Positions 1 to 12,200 of a stretch of 64,000 bases of DNA are shown in pieces (position 1 is the first letter of the stretch; every line of letters starts with the position of its first letter). The notes beneath the pieces are model-generated. The model did not search any database and had not been told where the DNA came from. It saw only the letters and a list, made by a program, of their open reading frames with translations. The position numbers and the translations under genes are program-made. Source of the DNA: Auanema rhodensis (Eukaryota; Animalia; Nematoda); NCBI GenBank assembly GCA_964057225.1, contig OZ059900.1, positions 1,364,001 through 1,428,000 of the forward strand. Direction: 5' to 3'.

Positions 1-1520
1 CATATATATGATCAAAAGCATAGTTTTATTGTCTATAACAACAAAAGTCATCAATTAAACGCTAGTGATGTTTAAATACTGAATTTCGCTCAAATAGCAT
101 TACTACACTAAGTATGGTCGTTTTTATGCCTTTAACACCATATACTCACCGATTTTTGGTACAAAATCTGTAATACTCGTAAATTTTGATCATATTCGTT
201 AAGATTTGAGAATCAAACATACAATACACAAAATCAGTCTATTTTTATGAGCTTGCACTGATATATATTCATTTTGATCAAAAAAGGTCGAAAATAGAAA
301 GAATTTTTGAAATTTCCGAGTTTTGAGTCTAATTTGGCTAAATCGCTCATATATAAGATCAGAAGCATAGTTTTATTGTCTATGACAACAAAAATCATCA
401 ATTAAACGCTAGTGATTTTTAAATACTGATTTTCGCTCAAATAGCATTACTACACTAAGTATGGTCGTTTTTATGCCTTTAACACCATATACTCACCGAT
501 TTTTGGTACAAAATCTGTAATACTCGTAAATTTTGATCATATTCGGTGAGATTCGAGAATCAAACACACAATACACGAAATAAGTTTATTTTTACGAGTT
601 TGCACTGATATTTATTCATTTTGATCAAAAAAGGTCGAAAATAGAAAGAATTTTTGAAATTTCCGAGTTTTGAGTCCAATTGGGCTAAATCGCTCATATA
701 TATAATCAAAAGCATAGTTTTACTGTCTATGATAACAAAAGTCATCAATTAAACGCTAGTGATGTTTAAATACTGATTTTCGCTCAAATAGCATTACTAC
801 ACTAAGTATGGTCGTTTTTATGCCTTTAACACCATATACTCACCGATTTTTGGTACAAAATCTGTAATACTCGTAAATTTTGATCATATTCGGTGAGATT
901 CGAGAATCAAACACACAATACACGAAATAAGTTTATTTTGACGAGTTTGCACTGATATTTATTCATTTTGATCAAAAAAGGTCGAAAATAGAAAGAATTT
1001 TTGAATTTTCCGAGTTTTGAGTCCAATTGGGCTAAATCGCTCATATATATGATCAAAAGCATAGTTTTACTGTCTATGATAACAAAAGTCTTCAAATATA
1101 CACTAATAATGATTAAATCACTGAATTTCACTCAAATAGCTTTACTACACTAAGTATGATCGTTTTTATGCCTTTAACACCATATACTCACCGATTTTTG
1201 GTACAAAATCTGTGATACTCGTAAATTTTGATCATATTCGTTAAGATTTGAGTATCAAACATACAATACACAAAATCAGTCTATTTTTATGAGCTTGCAC
1301 TGATATATATTCATTTTGATCAAAAAAGGTCGAAAATAGAAAGAATTTTTGAAATTTCCGAGTTTTGAGTCTAATTTGGCTAAATCGCTCATATATAAGA
1401 TCAGAAGCATAGTTTTATTGTCTATGACAACAAAAATCATCAATTAAACGCTAGTGATATTTAAATACTGATTTTCGCTCAAATAGCATTACTACACTAA
1501 GTATGGTCGTTTTTATGCCT

Positions 1521-1868
1521 TTAACACCATATACTCACCGATTTTTGGTACAAAATCTGTAATACTCGTAAATTTTGATCATATTCGGTGAGATTCGAGA
1601 ATCAAACACACAATACACGAAATAAGTTTATTTTGACGAGTTTGCACTGATATTTATTCATTTTGATCAAAAAAGGTCGAAAATAGAAAGAATTTTTGAA
1701 TTTTCCGAGTTTTGAGTCCAATTGGGCTAAATCGCTCATATATATGATCAAAAGCATAGTTTTACTGTCTATGATAACAAAAGTCTTCAAATATACACTA
1801 ATAATGTGTAAATCACTGAATTTCACTCAAATAGCTTTACTACACTAAGTATGGTCGTTTTTATGCCT
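1521..1868 (+). repeat. Representative 348-bp monomer, composed of two diverged ~169/179-bp subunits
   Basis: Hand count gives 55 C and 49 G (29.9% GC). Paired internal motifs: ccga 1538/1705, tgatca 1576/1745, cactga 1645/1814, ggtcg 1675/1853. Confidence 0.9.
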
Positions 1869-4800
1869 TTAACACCATATACTCACCGATTTTTGGTACA
1901 AAATCTGTAATACTCGTAAATTTCGATCATATTCGTTAAGATTCGAGAATCAAACACACAATACACGAAATAAGTTTATTTTTACCAGTTTGCACTGATA
2001 TTTATTCATTTTGATCAAAAAAGGTCGAAAATAGAAAGAATTTTTGAAATTTCCGAGTTTTGAGTCTAATTTGGCTAAATCGCTCATATATATGATCAGA
2101 AGCATAAGTGTATTGTCTATAACAACAAAAGTCATTAATTAAACGCTAGTGATGTTTAAATACTGAATTTCGCTCAAATAGCATTACTACACTAAGTATG
2201 GTCGTTTTTATGCCTTTAACACCATATACTCACCGATTTTTGGTACAAAATCTGTAATACTCGTAAATTTTGATCATATCCGTTAAGATTCGAGAATCAA
2301 ACACACAATACACGAAATAAGTTTATTTTTACGAGTTTGCACTGATATTTATTCATTTTGATCAAAAAAGGTCGAAAATAGAAAGAATTTTTGAATTTTC
2401 CGAGTTTTGAGTCCAATTGGGCTAAATCGCTCATATATATGATCAAAAGCATAGTTTCACTGTCTATGATAACAAAAGTCTTCAAATATACACTAGTAAT
2501 GATTAAATCACTGAATTTCACTCAAATAGCATTACTACACTAAGTATGGTCGTTTTTATGCCTTTAACACCATATACTCACCGATTTTTGGTACAAAATC
2601 TGTAATACTTGTAAATTTTGATCATATTCGTTAAGATTTGAGAATCAAACACATAATACACGAAATAAGTCTTTTTTTACAAGTTTGCACTGATATTTAT
2701 TCATTTTGATCAAAAAAGGTCGAAAATAGAAAGAATTTTTGAAATTTCCGAGTTTTGAGTCCAATTTGGCTAAATCGCTCATATATATGATCAAAAGCAT
2801 AGTTCTATTGTCTATAACAACAAAAGTCTTTAATTAAACGCTAGTGATGTTTTAATACTGAATTTCGCTCAAATAGCATTACTACACTAAGTATGGTCGT
2901 TTTTATGCCTTTAACACCATATACTCACCGATTTTTGGTACAAAATCTGTAATACTTGTAAATTTTGATCATATTCGTTAAGATTCGAAAATCAAACACA
3001 CAATACACGAAATGAGTTCATTTTTACAAGTTTGCACTGATATTTATTCATTTTGATCAAAAAAGGTCGAAAATAGAAAGAATTTTTGAAATTTCCGAGT
3101 TTTGAGTCTAATTTGGCTAAATCGCTCATATATATGATCAGAAGCATAAGTGTATTGTCTATGACAACAAAAGTCATTAATTAAACGCTAGTGATGTTTA
3201 AATACTGAATTTCGCTCAAATAGCATTACTACACTAAGTATGGTCGTTTTTATGCCTTTAACACCATATACTCACCGATTTTTGGTACAAAATCTGTAAT
3301 ACTCGTAAATTTTGATCATATTCGTTCAGATTTGAGAATCAAACATACAATACACAAGATGAATCTATTTTTATGAGCTTGCACTGATATATATTCATTT
3401 TGATCAAAAAAGGTCGAAAATAGAAAGAATTTTTGAACTTTCCGAGTTTTGAGTCTAATTTGGCTAAATCGCTCATTTATATGATCAAAAGCATAGTTTT
3501 ACTGTCTATGATAACAAAAGTCTTCAAATATACACTAATAATGTGTAAATCACTGAATTTCACTCAAATAGCTTTACTACACTAAGTATGGTCGTTTTTA
3601 TGCCTTTAACACCATATACTCACCGATTTTTGGTACAAAATCTGTAATACTCGTAAATTTCGATCATATTCGTTAAGATTCGAGAATCAAACACACAATA
3701 CACGAAATAAGTTTATTTTTACCAGTTTGCACTGATATTTATTCATTTTGATCAAAAAAGGTCGAAAATAGAAAGAATTTTTGAATTTTCCGAGTTTTGA
3801 GTCCAATTGGGCTAAATCGCTCATGTATATGATCAAAAGCATAGTTTCACTGTCTATGATAACAAAAGTCTTCAAATATACACTAGTAATGATTAAATCA
3901 CTGAATTTCACTCAAATAGCTTTACTACACTAAGTATGGTCGTTTTTATGCCTTTAACACCATATACTCACCGATTTTTGGTACAAAATCTGTAATACTC
4001 GTAAATTTTGATCATATCCGTTAAGATTCGAGAATCAAACACACAATACACGAAATAAGTTTATTTTTACGAGTTTGCACTGATATTTATTCATTTTGAT
4101 CAAAAAAGGTCGAAAATAGAAAGAATTTTTGAATTTTCCGAGTTTTGAGTCCAATTGGGCTAAATCGCTCATATATATGATCAAAAGCATAGTTTCACTG
4201 TCTATGATAACAAAAGTCTTCAAATATACACTAGTAATGATTAAATCACTGAATTTCACTCAAATAGCATTACTACACTAAGTATGGTCGTTTTTATGCC
4301 TTTAACACCATATACTCACCGATTTTTGGTACAAAATCTGTAATACTCGTAAATTTTGATCATATTCGTTAAGATTTGAGAATCAAACATACAATACACA
4401 AAATCAGTCTATTTTTATGAGCTTGCACTGATATATATTCATTTTGATCAAAAAAGGTCGAAAATAGAAAGAATTTTTGAAATTTCCGAGTTTTGAGTCT
4501 AATTTGGCTAAATCGCTCATATATAAGATCAGAAGCATAGTTTTATTGTCTATGACAACAAAAATCATCAATTAAACGCTAGTGATATTTAAATACTGAT
4601 TTTCGCTCAAATAGCATTACTACACTAAGTATGGTCGTTTTTATGCCTTTAACACCATGTACTCACCGATTTTTGGTACAAAATCTGTAATACTCGTAAA
4701 TTTTGATCATATTCGTTAAGATTTGAAAATCAAACACACAATAAACAAAATCAGTCTATTTTTATGAGTTTGCACTGATATATATTCATTTTGATCAAAA

Positions 4801-7800
4801 AAGGTCGAAAATAGAAAGAATTTTTGAATTTTCCGAGTTTTGAGTCCAATTGGGCTAAATCGCTCATATATATAATCAAAAGCATAGTTTTACTGTCTAT
4901 GATAACAAAAGTCATCAATTAAACGCTAGTGATGTTTAAATACTGATTTTCGCTCAAATAGCATTACTACACTAAGTATGGTCGTTTTTATGCCTTTAAC
5001 ACCATATACTCACCGATTTTTGGTACAAAATCTGTGATACTCGTAAATTTTGATCATATTCGGTGAGATTCGAGAATCAAACACACAATACACGAAATAA
5101 GTTTATTTTAACGAGTTTGCACTGATATTTATTCATTTTGATCAAAAAAGGTCGAAAATAGAAAGAATTTTTGAAATTTCCGAGTTTTGAGTCTAATTTG
5201 GCTAAATCGCTCATATATATGATCAAAAGCATAGTTTTATTGTCTATGACAACAAAAGTCATCAATTAAACGCTAGTGATGTTTAAATACTGAATTTCGC
5301 TCAAGTAGCATTACTACACTAAGTATGGTCGTTTTTATGCCTTTAACACCATATACTCACCGATTTTTGGTACAAAATCTGTAATACTCGTAAATTTTGA
5401 TCATATTCGGTGAGATTCGAGAATCAAACACACAATACACGAAATAAGTTTATTTTGACGAGTTTGCACTGATATTTATTCATTTTGATCAAAAAAGGTC
5501 GAAAATAGAAAGAATTTTTGAATTTTCCGAGTTTTGAGTCCAATTGGGCTAAATCGCTCATATATATGATCAAAAGCATAGTTTTACTGTCTATGATAAC
5601 AAAAGTCTTCAAATATACACTAATAATGATTAAATCACTGAATTTCACTCAAATAGCATTACTACACTAAGTATGGTCGTTTTTATGCCTTTAACACCAT
5701 ATACTCACCGATTTTTGGTACAAAATCTGTGATACTCGTAAATTTTGATCATATTCGGTGAGATTCGAGAATCGAACACACAATACACGAAATAAGTCTA
5801 TTTTTACGAGTTTGCACTGATATTTATTCATTTTGATCAAAAAAGGTCGAAAATAGAAAGAATTTTTGAAATTTCCGAGTTTTGAGTCTAATTTGGCTAA
5901 ATCGCTCATATATATGATCAAAAGCATAGTTTTACTGTCTATGATAACAAAAGTCTTCAAATATACACTAATAATGTGTAAATCACTGAATTTCACTCAA
6001 ATAGCTTTACTACACTAAGTATGGTCGTTTTTATGCCTTTAACACCATATACTCACCGATTTTTGGTACAAAATCTGTGATACTCGTAAATTTTGATCAT
6101 ATTCGTTAAGATTTGAGAATCAAACATACAATACACAAAATCAGTCTATTTTTATGAGCTTGCACTGATATATATTCATTTTGATCAAAAAAGGTCGAAA
6201 ATAGAAAGAATTTTTGAAATTTCCGAGTTTTGAGTCTAATTTGGCTAAATCGCTCATATATAAGATCAGAAGCATAGTTTTATTGTCTATGACAACAAAA
6301 ATCATCAATTAAACGCTAGTGATATTTAAATACTGATTTTCGCTCAAATAGCATTACTACACTAAGTATGGTCGTTTTTATGCCTTTAACACCATATACT
6401 CACCGATTTTTGGTACAAAATCTGTAATACTCGTAAATTTTGATCATATTCGGTGAGATTCGAGAATCAAACACACAATACACGAAATAAGTTTATTTTG
6501 ACGAGTTTGCACTGATATTTATTCATTTTGATCAAAAAAGGTCGAAAATAGAAAGAATTTTTGAAATTTCCGAGTTTTGAGTCTAATTTGGCTAAATCGC
6601 TCATATATATGATCAAAAGCATAGTTTTATTGTCTATAACAACAAAAGTCTTCAAATATACACTAATAATGATTAAATCACTGAATTTCACTCAAATAGC
6701 ATTACTACACTAAGTATGGTCGTTTTTATGCCTTTAACACCATATACTCACCGATTTTTGGTACAAAATCTGTGATACTCGTAAATTTTGATCATATTCG
6801 GTGAGATTCGAGAATCGAACACACAATACACGAAATAAGTCTATTTTTACGAGTTTGCACTGATATTTATTCATTTTGATCAAAAAAGGTCGAAAATAGA
6901 AAGAATTTTTGAAATTTCCGAGTTTTGAGTCTAATTTGGCTAAATCGCTCATATATATGATCAAAAGCATAGTTTTACTGTCTATGATAACAAAAGTCTT
7001 CAAATATACACTAATAATATGTAAATCACTGAATTTCACTCAAATAGCTTTACTACACTAAGTATGGTCGTTTTTATGCCTTTAACACCATATACTCACC
7101 GATTTTTGGTACAAAATCTGTAATACTCGTAAATTTCGATCATATTCGTTAAGATTCTAGAATCAAACACACAATACACGAAATAAGTTTATTTTTACCA
7201 GTTTGCACTGATATTTATTCATTTTGATCAAAAAAGGTCGAAAATAGAAAGAATTTTTGAATTTTCCGAGTTTTGAGTCCAATTGGGCTAAATCGCTCAT
7301 ATATATGATCAAAAGCATAGTTTCACTGTCTATGATAACAAAAGTCTTCAAATATACACTAGTAATGATTAAATCACTGAATTTCACTCAAATAGCTTTA
7401 CTACACTAAGTATGGTCGTTTTTATGCCTTTAACACCATATACTCACCGATTTTTGGTACAAAATCTGTAATACTCGTAAATTTTGATCATATCCGTTAA
7501 GATTCGAGAATCAAACACACAATACACGAAATAAGTTTATTTTTACGAGTTTGCACTGATATTTATTCATTTTGATCAAAAAAGGTCGAAAATAGAAAGA
7601 ATTTTTGAATTTTCCGAGTTTTGAGTCCAATTGGGCTAAATCGCTCATATATATGATCAAAAGCATAGTTTCACTGTCTATGATAACAAAAGTCTTCAAA
7701 TATACACTAGTAATGATTAAATCACTGAATTTCGCTCAAATAGCATTACTACACTAAGTATGGTCGTTTTTATGCCTTTAACACCATATACTCACCGATT

Positions 7801-9249
7801 TTTGGTACAAAATCTGTAATACTTGTAAATTTTGATCATATTCGTTAAGATTCGAAAATCGAACACACAATACACGAAATAAGTTTATTTTTACAAGTTT
7901 GCACTGATATTTATTCATTTTGATCAAAAAAGGTCGAAAATAGAAAGAATTTTTGAAATTTCCGAGTTTTGAGTCTAATTTGGCTAAATCGCTCATATAT
8001 ATGATCAGAAGCATAAGTGTATTATCTATGACAACAAAAGTCATTAATTAAACGCTAGTGATGTTTAAATACTGAATTTCGCTCAAATAGCATTACTACA
8101 CTAAGTATGGTCGTTTTTATGCCTTTAACACCATATACTCACCGATTTTTGGTACAAAATCTGTAATACTCGTAAATTTTGATCATATTCGTTCAGATTT
8201 GAGAATCAAACATACAATACACAAGATGAATCTATTTTTATGAGCTTGCACTGATATATATTCATTTTGATCAAAAAAGGTCGAAAATAGAAAGAATTTT
8301 TGAACTTTCCGAGTTTTGAGTCTAATTTGGCTAAATCGCTCATTTATATGATCAAAAGCATAGTTTTACTGTCTATGATAACAAAAGTCTTCAAATATAC
8401 ACTAATAATGTGTAAATCACTGAATTTCACTCAAATAGCTTCACTACACTAAGTATGGTCGTTTTTATGCCTTTAACACCATATACTCACCGATTTTTGG
8501 TACAAAATCTGTAATACTCGTAAATTTCGATCATATTCGTTAAGATTCGAGAATCAAACACACAATACACGAAATAAGTTTATTTTTACCAGTTTGCACT
8601 GATATTTATTCATTTTGATCAAAAAAGGTCGAAAATAGAAAGAACTTTTGAATTTTCCGAGTTTTGAGTCCAATTGGGCTAAATCGCTCATATATATGAT
8701 CAAAAGCATAGTTTCACTGTCTATGATAACAAAAGTCTTCAAATATACACTAGTAATGATTAAATCACTGAATTTCACTCAAATAGCTTTACTACACTAA
8801 GTATGGTCGTTTTTATGCCTTTAACACCATATACTCACCGATTTTTGGTACAAAATCTGTAATACTCGTAAATTTTGATCATATCCGTTAAGATTCGAGA
8901 ATCAAACACACAATACACGAAATAAGTTTATTTTTACGAGTTTGCACTGATATTTATTCATTTTGATCAAAAAAGGTCGAAAATAGAAAGAATTTTTGAA
9001 TTTTCCGAGTTTTGAGTCCAATTGGGCTAAATCGCTCATATATATGATCAAAAGCATAGTTTCACTGTCTATGATAACAAAAGTCTTCAAATATACACTA
9101 GTAATGATTAAATCACTGAATTTCGCTCAAATAGCATTACTACACTAAGTATGGTCGTTTTTATGCCTTTAACACCATATACTCACCGATTTTTGGTACA
9201 AAATCTGTAATACTTGTAAATTTTGATCATATTCGTTAAGATTTGAGAA

Positions 9250-12200
9250 TCAAACACATAATACACGAAATAAGTCTTTTTTTACAAGTTTGCACTGATA
9301 TTTATTCATTTTGATCAAAAAAGGTCGAAAATAGAAAGAATTTTTGAAATTTCCGAGTTTTGAGTCCAATTTGGCTAAATCGCTCATATATATGATCAAA
9401 AGCATAGTTCTATTGTCTATAACAACAAAAGTCTTTAATTAAACGCTAGTGATGTTTTAATACTGAATTTCGCTCAAATAGCATTACTACACTAAGTATG
9501 GTCGTTTTTATGCCTTTAACACCATATACTCACCGATTTTTGGTACAAAATCTGTAATACTTGTAAATTTTGATCATATTCGTTAAGATTCGAAAATCAA
9601 ACACACAATACACGAAATAAGTTTATTTTTACAAGTTTGCACTGATATTTATTCATTTTGATCAAAAAAGGTCGAAAATAGAAAGAATTTTTGAAATTTC
9701 CGAGTTTTGAGTCTAATTTGGCTAAATCGCTCATATATATGATCAAAAGCATAGTTTTATTGTCTATAACAACAAAAGTCATCAATTAAACGCTAGTGAT
9801 GTTTAAATACTGAATTTCGCTCAAATAGCATTACTACACTAAGTATGGTCGTTTTTATGCCTTTAACACCATATACTCACCGATTTTTGGTACAAAATCT
9901 GTAATACTCGTAAATTTTGATCATATTTGTTAAGATTTGAGAATCAAACATACAATACACAAAATCAATCTATTTTTATGAGCTTGCACTGATATATATT
10001 CATTTTGATCAAAAAAGGTCGAAAATAGAAAGAATTTTTGAAATTTCCGAGTTTTGAGTCTAATTTGGCTAAATCGCTCATATATAAGATCAGAAGCATA
10101 GTTTTATTGTCTATGACAACAAAAATCATCAATTAAACGCTAGTGATATTTAAATACTGATTTTCGCTCAAATAGCATTACTACACTAAGTATGGTCGTT
10201 TTTATGCCTTTAACACCATATACTCACCGATTTTTGGTACAAAATCTGTAATACTCGTAAATTTCGATCATATTCGTTAAGATTTGAAAATCAAACACAC
10301 AATAAACAAAATCAGTCTATTTTTATGAGTTTGCACTGATATATATTCATTTTGATCAAAAAAGGTCGAAAATAGAAAGAATTTTTGAATTTTCCGAGTT
10401 TTGAGTCCAATTGGGCTAAATCGCTCATATATATAATCAAAAGCATAGTTTTACTGTCTATGATAACAAAAGTCATCAATTAAACGCTAGTGATGTTTAA
10501 ATACTGATTTTCGCTCAAATAGCATTACTACACTAAGTATGGTCGTTTTTATGCCTTTAACACCATATACTCACCGATTTTTGGTACAAAATCTGTGATA
10601 CTCGTAAATTTTGATCATATTCGGTGAGATTCGAGAATCAAACACACAATACACGAAATAAATTTATTTTTATGAGTTTGCACTGATATATATTCATTTT
10701 GATCAAAAAAGGTCGAAAATAGAAAGAATTTTTGAATTTTCCGAGTTTTGAGTCTAATTTGGCTAAATCGCTCATATATATGATCAAAAGCATAGTTTTA
10801 TTGTCTATAACAACAAAAGTCATCAATTAAACGCTAGTGATGTTTAAATACTGAATTTCGCTCAAATAGCATTACTACACTAAGTATGGTCGTTTTTATG
10901 CCTTTAACACCATATACTCACCGATTTTTGGTACAAAATCTGTAATACTCGTAAATTTTGATCATATTCGTTAAGATTTGAGAATCAAACATACAATACA
11001 CAAAATCAGTCTATTTTTATGAGCTTGCACTGATATATATTCATTTTGATCAAAAAAGGTCGAAAATAGAAAGAATTTTTGAAATTTCCGAGTTTTGAGT
11101 CTAATTTGGCTAAATCGCTCATATATAAGATCAGAAGCATAGTTTTATTGTCTATGACAACAAAAATCATCAATTAAACGCTAGTGATATTTAAATACTG
11201 ATTTTCGCTCAAATAGCATTACTACACTAAGTATGGTCGTTTTTATGCCTTTAACACCATATACTCACCGATTTTTGGTACAAAATCTGTAATACTCGTA
11301 AATTTTGATCATATTCGTTAAGATTTGAAAATCAAACACACAATAAACAAAATCAGTCTATTTTTATGAGTTTGCACTGATATATATTCATTTTGATCAA
11401 AAAAGGTCGAAAATAGAAAGAATTTTTGAATTTTCCGAGTTTTGAGTCTAATTTGGCTAAATCGCTCATATATATGATCAAAAGCATAGTTTTATTGTCT
11501 ATAACAACAAAAGTCATCAATTAAACGCTAGTGATGTTTAAATACTGAATTTCGCTCAAATAGCATTACTACACTAAGTATGGTCGTTTTTATGCCTTTA
11601 ACACCATATACTCACCGATTTTTGGTACAAAATCTGTAATACTCGTAAATTTTGATCATATTTGTTAAGATTTGAGAATCAAACATACAATACACAAAAT
11701 CAATCTATTTTTATGAGCTTGCACTGATATATATTCATTTTGATCAAAAAAGGTCGAAAATAGAAAGAATTTTTGAAATTTCCGAGTTTTGAGTCTAATT
11801 TGGCTAAATCGCTCATATATAAGATCAGAAGCATAGTTTTATTGTCTATGACAACAAAAATCATCAATTAAACGCTAGTGATATTTAAATACTGATTTTC
11901 GCTCAAATAGCATTACTACACTAAGTATGGTCGTTTTTATGCCTTTAACACCATATACTCACCGATTTTTGGTACAAAATCTGTAATACTCGTAAATTTT
12001 GATCATATTCGTTAAGATTTGAAAATCAAACACACAATAAACAAAATCAGTCTATTTTTATGAGTTTGCACTGATATATATTCATTTTGATCAAAAAAGG
12101 TCGAAAATAGAAAGAATTTTTGAATTTTCCGAGTTTTGAGTCTAATTTGGCTAAATCGCTCATATATATGATCAAAAGCATAGTTTTATTGTCTATAACA

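Noticed and set aside
1584-1599. CENP-B-box-like motif ttcggtgagattcgag
   Set aside because: The canonical core is TTCG-N4-A-N2-CGGG. Here spacing is N5, the end is CGAG, and the site is polymorphic among monomers.
1576-1829. Possible ~87-bp tetrameric substructure from tgatca sites at 1576, 1664, 1745
   Set aside because: Spacings are irregular (88, 81, 179) and adjacent quarter segments do not align; only the half-monomer homology holds.
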